A DNA stretch of 64,000 nt from NCBI GenBank assembly GCA_965223015.1, contig CBDCVL010000010.1, forward strand, positions 216,086-280,085, read 5' to 3'. Made by a program: the position numbers and the translations under genes. Source of the stretch: Vicinamibacterales bacterium. Its GTDB lineage: Bacteria; Acidobacteriota; Vicinamibacteria; Vicinamibacterales; UBA8438. The notes below the pieces were generated by a model that did not search any database, was not told the origin of the DNA, and saw nothing but the letters and a program-made list of their open reading frames with translations. Shown piece by piece: positions 40,682-49,911 of the stretch (position 1 is the stretch's first letter; each line of letters opens with the position of its first letter).

Positions 40682-40869
40682 TGTCGTATCACTCGATTTC
40701 TCGAAGCCAGACCCATACAGAGACTACACCACACGGGCCACTTCACTGGGCCGCAACCGAGCGCCACGTACGCGGATCCTCTCTTTCTCTCTGGGATAGA
40801 GGAGTTGCGCGAACAGAGAAACGACATCCCAGTTTACAGGGTGCTCCCTATTGAGAGATTCTATGGACC

Positions 40870-41721
40870 ATGCAGCTGACGACGATCCTTCACCCGACTG
40901 ACTTCTCGGAGAGTGCGTCGCATGCGCTCCGGCTCGCCGTCCATCTCGCGACCGCAAATGACGCGGTGCTCCACATCTTCCACGCGACAACGTTGCACGG
41001 CGAGCATTTGGATGCGGCCACAGGAGAGTTGGAGACATACGCTGAGACGGCTCGTGGCCTGATGAACCAGGACCGGCCGGGCGCAGCAGAGGCGCTCAAG
41101 GTGTTCCATGGCCGTTCCGTGCTCCCGTTCGACGGCATCATGGAATCAGTGAGAGACCTTGGACCAGATCTGGTCGTCCTCGGCACTCACGGGCACAGCC
41201 GGTTCAGCCGCCTGTTGATGGGGAGCACCGCGGAAAAGGTGCTCCGCCATTCGCCGTGCAGTGTCCTCACCGTCCGGGCGGGCGTACCCATTCCCGAGGA
41301 CGGTCGCTTTCGCAAGATCATCGTCCCAGTTGACTTCTCGGAATGGGCGGGTCGAGGACTCGACGGTGCGCGTCTCGTTCGAGCAGACGACCAGTCGACT
41401 CTTTACCTTGTCCATGTGGTCGAACCGGCCCCACCGATGTACCTGGCCGGAAACGTTTCCAGCTACTTCGAACTCGACCCGGATCTCAAGGGCCGGATCG
41501 AGACGAATCTGCGTACATGGTCTGGGGACATTCCGGGCTCGCAGATCATCATTACGGAAGGCAGTCCGGCACTCGAGGTGACCCGGCTATCCAAGGAGCT
41601 TGAGGTCGATCTTATTGTCGTAAGCACGAAGGGGCTGACTGGCGCCGAACACCTACTCGTCGGCAGCGTGACAGAGAGGATCTGTCGATTCGCCAACGTC
41701 CCGGTGCTTGCCGTCAGGTAG
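40870..41721 (+). CDS. universal stress protein, tandem Usp domains
   Basis: Two Usp repeats (ILHPTDFSE.. and IIVPVDFSE..; G..GHS.. and ..STKGLTG). Confidence 0.85.
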   Translation: MQLTTILHPTDFSESASHALRLAVHLATANDAVLHIFHATTLHGEHLDAATGELETYAETARGLMNQDRPGAAEALKVFHGRSVLPFDGIMESVRDLGPDLVVLGTHGHSRFSRLLMGSTAEKVLRHSPCSVLTVRAGVPIPEDGRFRKIIVPVDFSEWAGRGLDGARLVRADDQSTLYLVHVVEPAPPMYLAGNVSSYFELDPDLKGRIETNLRTWSGDIPGSQIIITEGSPALEVTRLSKELEVDLIVVSTKGLTGAEHLLVGSVTERICRFANVPVLAVR

Positions 41722-41836
41722 GGAGACACACGAGGGCGGCCCGGATGGCGATACGCCCTCCCCCCCGGCCGGGGGAGAGGACCCAACCAAAGGGAGAGGG
41801 CGATCCCTGCTCGGAGTGGCGAGCAGCCCTTGCAGG

Positions 41837-41989
41837 GTCGGGGCGGTCGTCGAGCCCGGCCGCTATGCGCTTGTCGGGTGCACGGTCGCTCCTGGATTCG
41901 AGTTCGAGGACTTCGAGATGCCGGACCGAGATGAGCTCTGGGGCCGTTTCCCAGAGCACCGCGCGATCATCGAGCGCCTCACCCGGTAG
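41837..41989 (+). pseudogene. C-terminal remnant of a DUF985/cupin_5 protein
   Basis: GRYALVGCTVAPGFEFEDFEMPDRDEL..FPEH matches the C-terminal ~45 aa of DUF985 cupins. No upstream cupin sequence is present. Confidence 0.4.
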
Positions 41990-42070
41990 CCGGCGTCCTG
42001 GATGCATCGGAGGGGTCACTCGAGCGCGGCTCCCGGTTGGGCACGGCACGACGGCCGACCACGCGAACCA

Positions 42071-42769
42071 CTAGGGTTGAGTCGGGATGAAGTTGTCCGG
42101 GCGGATCGACCGAGCACGAGCCTCCATCGCCGCGGCCTCACTCTCTCGTCCGGTCTGCCCAAGAAGGTCAGCGTATGCTTCGAGCAGCTCCGCAACCGTC
42201 GCGTCGCTGAGACCAAAAGCCCGTTCACGAATAGTCAAGGCCCGTTGATACAGCGGTTCGGCGGCGGGATACTCCAGCTCGAGGTGGTGCACCCTGGCCA
42301 GACCCGCAAGTACGGTCGCGACGTCGGGGTGGTCAGGCCCCAGGTTCGCCTCTGAGATCTCCAGCGCCCGCCAGTAGAATGGTGCGGCGGCAGCGTACGA
42401 GCCGTGTTCGACATAGAAGCCTGCGAGATTCTCCAGCCCAACGGCGACCCGCTGGTCCTCTGCACCCAGGATCTCGACTCGCCGCTCCAGCGCCTCACGA
42501 TAGAGCGTCTCGGCGTCGGCCTGTCGACCCTGTGCGCGATACACATCGGCAAGATTGTCGAGCGTCGTGGCACGTCGGATGTCGCCTGGATCAAAGGTGG
42601 AAGCCAGACGAGACGCAAGGAGAAGTAACTCCTCAGCCTCATCGTACCGACTACCCTGCTGTGCTTCGAATCCGGCCTCCATGTACTCTTCCCAGCTAGG
42701 CGAGCCGCATCCGAGGCAGGTCAGGAGACAGCAGGAAAGGATGACTCGAAAAGGAGACGTCGTCGCCAT
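42071..42769 (-). CDS. TPR-repeat lipoprotein
   Basis: Lipobox LTCLGC and multiple TPR_10/12-like repeats (..A..L.NLA.vY..qGry.eAe.ly..AL). Confidence 0.8.
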   Translation of the reverse strand: MATTSPFRVILSCCLLTCLGCGSPSWEEYMEAGFEAQQGSRYDEAEELLLLASRLASTFDPGDIRRATTLDNLADVYRAQGRQADAETLYREALERRVEILGAEDQRVAVGLENLAGFYVEHGSYAAAAPFYWRALEISEANLGPDHPDVATVLAGLARVHHLELEYPAAEPLYQRALTIRERAFGLSDATVAELLEAYADLLGQTGRESEAAAMEARARSIRPDNFIPTQP

Positions 42770-42924
42770 GACTGCGCGTACCAGCGCACACCCGACGCGA
42801 CCCGCCGAGCGCCGTTGGCGGTCGGCTCGGCCTCGTGCGCAGACTCTACTCTAGTCGTTTCACCGTCCTTCTGAAAACAGACGGGAGAAACCTGGCACGC
42901 AAGGCCCGACCGGGATATCGCATG

Positions 42925-43425
42925 CTACGGGTTGCTGTCAGCCTCGAGAATCTTAACCAGATTCCGTCGCTGCTCGGCCAGCGCGACAATCGCGGGAAGA
43001 TCAGACGTCCCCTCTGCCGTTATGACGTCGGGGTCGGGATCGGTTCTCGACGAATCGGTCACGAACTCGGCCATACGACGATCGAGGATCGCCGCCAGTG
43101 GCTCACCGGCCCACTTCTCGAACTCCAGTGTCGGATCGTGGGCGCACATTTCGTAGAGGTCCAGTGGATCATCGTCGATGTCGTGGCCGTGGAGGTGAAC
43201 GAATCTGCGGTGAATGTCGAGAAGCAGTGCATGTCGAAACGTTGTCCTGAGGGTCTCGCCACGAGCCCGGACGTAGGCCAGCAGGCGCTCCCGGACTGCT
43301 TCGAACGCGGCGGCGCGATGCGCCGGCATCTCAGGTGGCTCGGGTGACCAGTCGTCCAGATACCGGCAGACGTGCTGCGTCCAGCACCGCTCGTCTGCGA
43401 TGACGTTGCTCCATTCTATCGACAC
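42925..43425 (-). CDS. hypothetical protein
   Basis: 166-aa ORF of coding-like composition. No family recognised. Confidence 0.45.
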   Translation of the reverse strand: MSIEWSNVIADERCWTQHVCRYLDDWSPEPPEMPAHRAAAFEAVRERLLAYVRARGETLRTTFRHALLLDIHRRFVHLHGHDIDDDPLDLYEMCAHDPTLEFEKWAGEPLAAILDRRMAEFVTDSSRTDPDPDVITAEGTSDLPAIVALAEQRRNLVKILEADSNP

Positions 43426-43558
43426 GGTTCGCCGTACCCCTGAGCGGCTGCCAACGATCTGGGTCTATCGCAAGTGTCCTGCCAGCGCACCCGGCCATCC
43501 GAAAGACCCATTTCTCCCCGTGTTCTCGGTCTCTGCGCCCTAGTAGGCGACCAAGATC

Positions 43559-43596
43559 CGGCCAGATCGTTGGCCACCTGGCCAACTGATTGGCCA
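43559..43596. promoter_or_regulatory. array of four (T/C)GGCCA hexamers, spacing 12-8-12 bp, in a divergent promoter region
   Basis: Hexamers at 43559, 43571, 43579 and 43591, read directly from the sequence. Confidence 0.3.
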
Positions 43597-43746
43597 GCTG
43601 GACACACGTCTCCTGACTCGGCACATCCGCGTTTACTGGGTGCCGAGACGGAGGAACACAGGCACACCGGGGCCCAACTCAGCAAGAGAGCAAGGCACGT
43701 TCCAGGTGCCTGAGCATAGAATCAGAGGCAGGTACACGGAGGACAC

Positions 43747-44670
43747 ATGAGAGCACGCCTGAAAGGACAACGACCGCTGCTCGCAGCAGTCTTGATCTTG
43801 ATCCTGATCACATTCCCTCAGCAGACTTCGTTCACGCAACAGCAGCCGCTCTTCCGCGCGGGTACCGAGCTCGTGGATCTCTATGTGACGGTCACCGACG
43901 ACAATGGGCGACTCGTTCCCGACTTGGCCCGCGAGGCATTCGCCATCTTCGACGACGGACAACCGCAGGAAATCGTGCTGTTTGAGAACGACGTGCGACC
44001 AATCACGGTCGTCGTGATGCTCGACACGAGCATCAGCACGACGAACGTCATGCACCTGATCCTAGGAGGGGCGGAACAGTTTCTCATCAGGATGTTGCCC
44101 GAGGACCGAGCGCGGATAGGAGCCTTCAACGACAAGATCGAGGTCCTGCCTGAAGAGTTTGTTGGCGACCGCGATCTTCTGATCGCCGGGCTCGAGACCC
44201 TTGACTTTGGCAACGAAACACGGCTGTTCGATTCGATTGCGGCAAGCCTGGACGCTCTGCAGGGAGTCGACAACCGAAAAGTCGTTCTTGTCCTGACAGA
44301 CGGCCAGGACAGCGCCAGCAACACCGGCTGGCGAGACGTTCTCGAACGCGCAATAGCCGAAGAGGTCATGGTTTATTCGATCGGCTTGGAAGTCGAGTAT
44401 TTCGACGGCGTGAGAGTTCGACGAACGAGCCCAGACCGCAGCCTACGGCGACTGGCGGAGGAGACAGGTGGGGGTTACTTTGAGCTTCAGGAAACGGACG
44501 AGCTGGGATCGACGTTCACACGCGTCTCCCAAGAGCTACACAGTCAATACGTCTTGGGATTCGAACCATCCAAGCGCGATGGGCAATCTCACAGCCTCGA
44601 AATCCGCGTCGGGGAGAAAGGCATGACGGCCCGGGCTCGACGGAGTTACGTAGCACAATCAAGCGACTAG
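43747..44670 (+). CDS. VWFA-related domain protein (TIGR03436-like)
   Basis: FRAGTELVDLYVTVTDDNGRLVPDL..F.IFDDGQPQEI followed by the vWA motif VMLDTSIS. Confidence 0.85.
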   Translation: MRARLKGQRPLLAAVLILILITFPQQTSFTQQQPLFRAGTELVDLYVTVTDDNGRLVPDLAREAFAIFDDGQPQEIVLFENDVRPITVVVMLDTSISTTNVMHLILGGAEQFLIRMLPEDRARIGAFNDKIEVLPEEFVGDRDLLIAGLETLDFGNETRLFDSIAASLDALQGVDNRKVVLVLTDGQDSASNTGWRDVLERAIAEEVMVYSIGLEVEYFDGVRVRRTSPDRSLRRLAEETGGGYFELQETDELGSTFTRVSQELHSQYVLGFEPSKRDGQSHSLEIRVGEKGMTARARRSYVAQSSD

Positions 44671-44968
44671 GATTGCAGCGACAAACAGAAGATCGAAACG
44701 GTGGGACCCACCGTTTCCAACCCAATGGTGACCTGGCATCGCAAAAAAGTACGTACGAAGGCGCCACTGCGAGGCTGACAGCCACTAACCGAAGTACTGA
44801 GCCCGTTGCTGTCCGCTCGATGATCACCGACCACAGCAGCAGGATGGGCAGGAACGAGAGTCCAGACACCAGCCCTTGGACGACGCACAGGGTCACCACG
44901 ACCCAGCCGATTCGCCACGCCGCTACAACCGGCCGATGGGTCGTGCGCGACCGTGGTGTCATGACGGC

Positions 44969-45739
44969 ATGAGCGTGACTAGTTCTGATGCGAAGGGCTA
45001 CGACCCGCGTCTCTCGATCCAAGGCACCGGCGAGGCACTCGTACTCGTATCGGGTCTGGATGGCACCGGCGAGCTATTCTATCGTCAGGTCCCGCTGCTG
45101 GCACGCTCCTATCGCGTTGCAACCTATGCCCTCCGGGACAGCGCGACGAGCATGGATGAGCTCGTTGGGGATCTCGCGGCCATCGTCGACGCGACAGCCC
45201 CAGACGGTCGCCAAGCCACCATCGTAGGGGAATCATTTGGAGGAGCTCTGTCGCTGAGCTTCGCACTCGCCTATCCCTCTCGGGTCCGCGCGCTCGTCAT
45301 CCTGAATTCGTTCCCCTACTTCACGCCACATCTCAGGCTCCTCGCCGCCATCTACGGCCTCCGCGCAATGCCATGGGGCGCCATGCAACTGGCACGTCGC
45401 CTCACGGCGTTTCGCTTGCACTCACGGCATACACACCGCCGGGAGGTTGAGCGGTTCTTCGAGCTCACGGCAAAGGCGACCCGCGCAGGATACATCGGGC
45501 GCTTGACGATACTGCGGCGCTATGACGTACGGGAGGGGCTGCGGGCAATTCGGTCTCCCACGTTGTTTCTCGCATCTCAAGATGACCACTTGGTCCCCTC
45601 GGTGGCACAGGCTCGCTACATGACAGAGAAGGTCACGATCGCCCAGATGAAAATACTTGAAGGACACGGTCACATCTGTCTCATCGCGCCGGATATCGAC
45701 CTCGAACAGATCGTCACAGCGTGGCGCTCAGAGCTGTGA
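44969..45739 (+). CDS. alpha/beta hydrolase
   Basis: Nucleophile elbow GESFGG and a C-terminal GHGH.. His region. Confidence 0.85.
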   Translation: MSVTSSDAKGYDPRLSIQGTGEALVLVSGLDGTGELFYRQVPLLARSYRVATYALRDSATSMDELVGDLAAIVDATAPDGRQATIVGESFGGALSLSFALAYPSRVRALVILNSFPYFTPHLRLLAAIYGLRAMPWGAMQLARRLTAFRLHSRHTHRREVERFFELTAKATRAGYIGRLTILRRYDVREGLRAIRSPTLFLASQDDHLVPSVAQARYMTEKVTIAQMKILEGHGHICLIAPDIDLEQIVTAWRSEL

Positions 45740-45843
45740 CCCGAGTAGCGAATCAAGCTGTGCAGGGAATCTCGGTTGTATGAGAGGTATAATTCGTCCA
45801 CGTGATTACTCGTCTTCAGCCACTACCTCCGAGGAGAGCTAGC

Positions 45844-46533
45844 GTGACCGATTCGCACCAGACCCTGACAGCCCTTGACGCACTCATTCAATCACGCTCG
45901 ATTCTTCAGCACCCGTTCTACGTTGCATGGCAGAAAGGTGAGCTCACTCGTGGACAACTTGCGACGTACGCGAGAGTTTATTGGCCACACGTAGCAGCGT
46001 TTCCTTCGTATCTTGAAGCCGCCGCTCACCTTACGGATGATCCGGTCATCCGAACCGTCCTTGAGGAGAACCTGAACGACGAGCGTACGAATCCGAAGCC
46101 GCATCCGGAACTATGGCTCGATTTCACAGAAACCCTTGGACAGCCTCGTGAAGCTATCGGCAATTCAACGCCCCACGAGTCGGCTGAACGGATCGTAGAG
46201 ACCTTCACACGGCTCACGCGCAGCAGCACGGCCGCTGGCGTGGCAGCCCTCTACGCCTATGAAGTCCAACAGCCTGAGGTAGCAAATCAGAAGCGCCACG
46301 GCTTACGCGAGTTCTACGGGATCGACAGCGAGAAGGCACTAGCCTACTTCGACGTCCACGCCGAAGCCGATGTGACACATAGCCAGGGCGAGCGCACCGT
46401 GCTGCAGCGATGTCTAGAAACAGGCAACACTTCGGCGGAGCAGGTTCTCGACGCAGCGACTGATGCACTGGACGCCTATTGGGCGCTTCTAGATGGCGTG
46501 TGCGAAGAGGCGGGTCTCGCAGTCAGCTCATAG
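45844..46533 (+). CDS. heme-oxygenase-like di-iron enzyme, CADD/PqqC/TenA superfamily
   Basis: HPFYVAWQKGELT.., E..L.DE....HPELW, and EADVTH. The GTG at 45844 is preceded by GAGGAGAG. A TATAAT lies at 45788..45793. Confidence 0.7.
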   Translation: MTDSHQTLTALDALIQSRSILQHPFYVAWQKGELTRGQLATYARVYWPHVAAFPSYLEAAAHLTDDPVIRTVLEENLNDERTNPKPHPELWLDFTETLGQPREAIGNSTPHESAERIVETFTRLTRSSTAAGVAALYAYEVQQPEVANQKRHGLREFYGIDSEKALAYFDVHAEADVTHSQGERTVLQRCLETGNTSAEQVLDAATDALDAYWALLDGVCEEAGLAVSS

Positions 46534-46560
46534 AGCTCGCACCGTTCGTCCGGTGTCGAG

Positions 46561-46881
46561 CTACCGATCCTCGACAACCACCGCCGTTCCGAACGCCAGC
46601 AACTCGGACGCCCCGCTCATCACCATCGAGGTTTGAAATCGAACGGTGACGATCGCGTTCGCCCCAAGACCGCGGGCCTCTTCGACCATGCGGTCGAGGG
46701 CCTGCTCCCGCGATTCCGCCATCAGCTTCGTATACTCCGAAATTTCGCCGCCCACGATTCCGCGCAAGAGTGCCACGACATCTTTCCCGAGGTGACGAGC
46801 ACGGATTGTGTTGCCGCGAACAAGCCCCAGCGTACGAGCGATACGTTTATCCGTGACCACGTCAGACGTCACGACAATCAT
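46561..46881 (-). CDS. YbjQ/UPF0145 family protein
   Basis: Full-length match to the family pattern (GLVRGN..R..G.D..A....I.GGE...Y..l...R..A..rm...A...GANAiv..r). Confidence 0.9.
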   Translation of the reverse strand: MIVVTSDVVTDKRIARTLGLVRGNTIRARHLGKDVVALLRGIVGGEISEYTKLMAESREQALDRMVEEARGLGANAIVTVRFQTSMVMSGASELLAFGTAVVVEDR

Positions 46882-47321
46882 TTCTCAACCTCCCTGTATT
46901 TGTCCGTCCTCATGGCCTTCAGCCGATCCATGGCAACCCCCAACAATAGGAGACCGAAACCCGACCAGGCACCGAAAACGAGAAGCTTTGCCACGAGGGG
47001 ATCATCCGACCTGACGAGCTCCCACGCGGCATAGCCGATGAGACCAACGAACCACACCACGACAATCGTCCAACCGATCCCCATCGAGAGACCACTCGCA
47101 CGGCTTCTGGCCCGCTCGGACCATTGATCGTCTGACGGCATGCGGAACTCTGTATTCATGGTGACCTCACGTCGCCGGACCATTCCGGCCAGGGCCGAGC
47201 GGCAGATCCCGCATGCCTCTACATGGATGCGCACGCGTTGCTCGTCGGCTTGAGTCAACATCCCGTCGAGATAGCCAGTGAGCAACGACTCGTCAAAGCT
47301 GCGACCGCAATCTTCAGCCAT
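46878..47321 (-). CDS. anti-sigma factor (zf-HC2) with TM segments
   Basis: HVEACGIC (HxxxCxxC). It overlaps the upstream ECF sigma gene by 8 nt. Confidence 0.7.
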   Translation of the reverse strand: MAEDCGRSFDESLLTGYLDGMLTQADEQRVRIHVEACGICRSALAGMVRRREVTMNTEFRMPSDDQWSERARSRASGLSMGIGWTIVVVWFVGLIGYAAWELVRSDDPLVAKLLVFGAWSGFGLLLLGVAMDRLKAMRTDKYREVEK

Positions 47322-47913
47322 TGTCCGTGCCTTCCTTCACGAGTCGTCCCAGCGCCGCGCGCGCCGCGTGCAGCCTCGACATCACCGTACCGACCGGAAT
47401 CTTGAGAACCTCGGCGATGTCCGAATAGGCCAGGTCGTGGAAGTCTCGAAGGACAAGAATCTCGCGATGATTCGGCGACATCGCCCCGATGGCCTCCCAC
47501 ACCTGCCGCTCACGCTCTCGTCGGCTGGCCTGTTGCTCGGGATCGAGCGCAGGGTGGGCGAGCTGACCGGACAGATCTGACCGACATTCAAGTGACTCGC
47601 TTGGACGAGTCGCCCGTCGACGCCACAGGTCGCGGGCTCGATTTCTGACAATTGTGAAGAGCCAGGGTCGAACGGCATGCTCAGGCCGAAAGCGTCCTAG
47701 ATGCTCGAAGAAACGGAGCATCGCGTCCTGTGTAATGTCCAGGGCATCATCCTGGTTCCCCACGATCTGCAGCGCCAGAAGATAGGCGGGCCGGCGGAAT
47801 CGCGTGGCCAGCTCCTCGCGGGCCAGCCGATGACCGGCTCTGGCCTGAATCACCAGGCGTCTCTCGTCGGCGGTGTCGAGCGGAAGGGCCTGTGGGCTGG
47901 AATCGAATGCCAT
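47314..47913 (-). CDS. ECF (sigma-70 family) RNA polymerase sigma factor
   Basis: Region 2 (DALDITQDAMLRFF) and region 4 (LAYSDIAEVLKIPVGTVMSRLHAAR). The start is placed at MAFDSSP. Confidence 0.9.
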   Translation of the reverse strand: MAFDSSPQALPLDTADERRLVIQARAGHRLAREELATRFRRPAYLLALQIVGNQDDALDITQDAMLRFFEHLGRFRPEHAVRPWLFTIVRNRARDLWRRRATRPSESLECRSDLSGQLAHPALDPEQQASRRERERQVWEAIGAMSPNHREILVLRDFHDLAYSDIAEVLKIPVGTVMSRLHAARAALGRLVKEGTDNG

Positions 47914-48105
47914 GTCGATGTCCACACACTGATCTACGCGCGTTGGGGTGATTCTATTCGGCGGAACGCAGGCAGGCTGGTCTGGTCGTTCCGCCCGAAC
48001 AGACCTTTTGGGGCGATATGCGTCAATATATAGAGGCAACCCTAGTATGGGGAGACTTTCAGGGCGTTTCGTCCGCTACACAGTGTTCGAGCATGCGAGG
48101 CACTA

Positions 48106-49287
48106 ATGAGAAGTGAAGCCCGTGCCCTAGGGAACGTGAACAATCCGGGCGTCAAGGTTGCCTGCACCGGGCGCGTCTGGCGCACACGTCGACGCGCGTG
48201 CCTGCGGGCCGGCATCATCCTGGTGATCGGGATGTCGAGCTCGTCGTGCGATGTCATTCCCGCGACGCAGAGTCCCGTGCGTGCCGCCCAGACGCGGGAG
48301 CCAAGCCCGAGGGGCGACCTGACCACCGCCGAACAGGCCACCATCCGACTCTTCGAAGAGGTAGGTCCGTCGGTCGTGTACATCACGACGCTGGCCCAGC
48401 GTCGCAATATATACACCGGCCTCACGAGCGAGGTCCCGAGCGGCACCGGTTCAGGATTCATCTGGGACGAAGCGGGTCATATCGTGACCAATCTGCACGT
48501 CCTGGAAGGCGCCGATGCGGCGCAGATCGTTTTGCACGACCAAACCTCTTACCGTGCCGAGTTGGTCGGAGTCTCGAGTACGCATGACCTTGCCGTCCTG
48601 CGCATCGACGCCGACGACACGGCCCTCCGGCCAGTTGATGTTGGCCAGAGTTCCGATCTCAGGGTTGGACAGAGCATTTTCGCAATCGGTAACCCGTTTG
48701 GGTTGAGTGCCACACTGACCATGGGCATCGTGTCGGCCCTGGGGCGGGAGCTCCCGTCGGCGGGAGGCGGTCGAATAGAGAACGTCATCCAGACAGACGC
48801 TGACATCAATCCAGGTAATTCCGGGGGACCACTACTCGACAGCGCAGGGCGTCTGATCGGCGTCAACACAGCCATCTACAGCCCTTCTGGCGCGTCGGCC
48901 GGCATCGGGCTTGCGGTACCGGTGGACACTGTGCGTCGGGTCGTTCCTCAGATCATCGAGAACGGCGTGTACGAGCCGCCGAAGCTCGGCATTAGTGCAC
49001 GAGAAGACCTCAACAACCTCGTGCGGAGACGTCTGGGAATCAGGGGTGTCGTGATTAGCACTGTTGCGCCTGGATCCGGTGCTGACGGGGCAGGACTCCG
49101 AGGAACAGTCAGAGCGGCGAACGGGAGTCTCGTGCTTGGGGACATCGTGCAGGCGATCGACGGCGAGCCGGTCGACAACCTGGGAGAGCTCGAGACTCTG
49201 CTCGACCGCTACAGGCCGGGCGATGAAGTCTCTGTGACAGTCGAGCGGGAAGGCGATACGAGAGAGGTGCAGATTCAGGTCTTCTGA
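48106..49287 (+). CDS. S1C (HtrA/DegP-type) serine protease with PDZ domain
   Basis: Catalytic triad context (TNLHV, DLAVL, GNSGGPL) and a C-terminal PDZ domain. Confidence 0.9.
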   Translation: MRSEARALGNVNNPGVKVACTGRVWRTRRRACLRAGIILVIGMSSSSCDVIPATQSPVRAAQTREPSPRGDLTTAEQATIRLFEEVGPSVVYITTLAQRRNIYTGLTSEVPSGTGSGFIWDEAGHIVTNLHVLEGADAAQIVLHDQTSYRAELVGVSSTHDLAVLRIDADDTALRPVDVGQSSDLRVGQSIFAIGNPFGLSATLTMGIVSALGRELPSAGGGRIENVIQTDADINPGNSGGPLLDSAGRLIGVNTAIYSPSGASAGIGLAVPVDTVRRVVPQIIENGVYEPPKLGISAREDLNNLVRRRLGIRGVVISTVAPGSGADGAGLRGTVRAANGSLVLGDIVQAIDGEPVDNLGELETLLDRYRPGDEVSVTVEREGDTREVQIQVF

Positions 49288-49347
49288 GACACGAGTCTCG
49301 TCTGCGCCATCGTGCCGGAGCATCTTCTCTTGAAGGGGGACGGAACA

Positions 49348-49893
49348 ATGCAGGAACAGCCATGGTCAGTTCGGGTCACACTCGTCGGGGGACACGCGTT
49401 GATCGCCGTCGCGCTCCTGTGTGCTGGCACATCCGGAGCCCTCGCGCAGGAGGAAGCTCCGGCTGGGGTCGTCAACTATACCCGGGTTGACGCGACAGTC
49501 GCGTGCGGCGGCGCGACACCGCCTGAGGCAATGGTAGATTTCAAGCGGCTCGGTTTCGTTTCGGTGATCAATTTCCGGACGGCCCAGGAAGAGGGGGCCA
49601 ATATCGAGGCCAGCCAGGCCGCGGCAACCGAGGCCGGATTGAAGTACTTTCACTTGCCGTTCCGGGCACCGAATCCAGAGGTGGCCGAACGGTTCCTCGA
49701 GGTGATTGCCGACACGACCAATCAACCGGCGTACATCCACTGCGGCTCAGCGAACCGCGTCGGCGCCATGTGGTTCATCAAGCGCGTCAAGGGGGACGGC
49801 TGGGACACCTCGCGGGCCATGGAAGAGGCAGAATCGATCGGCCTGCGAAGCGAGGTCCTGAAGGAGTTCGCGCGCGGCTACGTCGCGCAGTAG
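49348..49893 (+). CDS. secreted dual-specificity/PTP-like phosphatase fold protein (CX5R)
   Basis: HCGSANRVG P-loop and a signal peptide. The ATG is preceded by AAGGGGGA. Confidence 0.65.
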   Translation: MQEQPWSVRVTLVGGHALIAVALLCAGTSGALAQEEAPAGVVNYTRVDATVACGGATPPEAMVDFKRLGFVSVINFRTAQEEGANIEASQAAATEAGLKYFHLPFRAPNPEVAERFLEVIADTTNQPAYIHCGSANRVGAMWFIKRVKGDGWDTSRAMEEAESIGLRSEVLKEFARGYVAQ

Positions 49894-49911
49894 CGCCGTC
49901 GGGACGCCCAG

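Noticed and set aside
44516-45022. 168-aa minus-strand ORF with two hydrophobic segments between the vWA and hydrolase genes
   Set aside because: Its 3' 155 nt overlap the vWA gene and its 5' end overlaps the hydrolase gene. Only about 60 residues look protein-like. It may be another gene remnant, but this cannot be supported from sequence alone.
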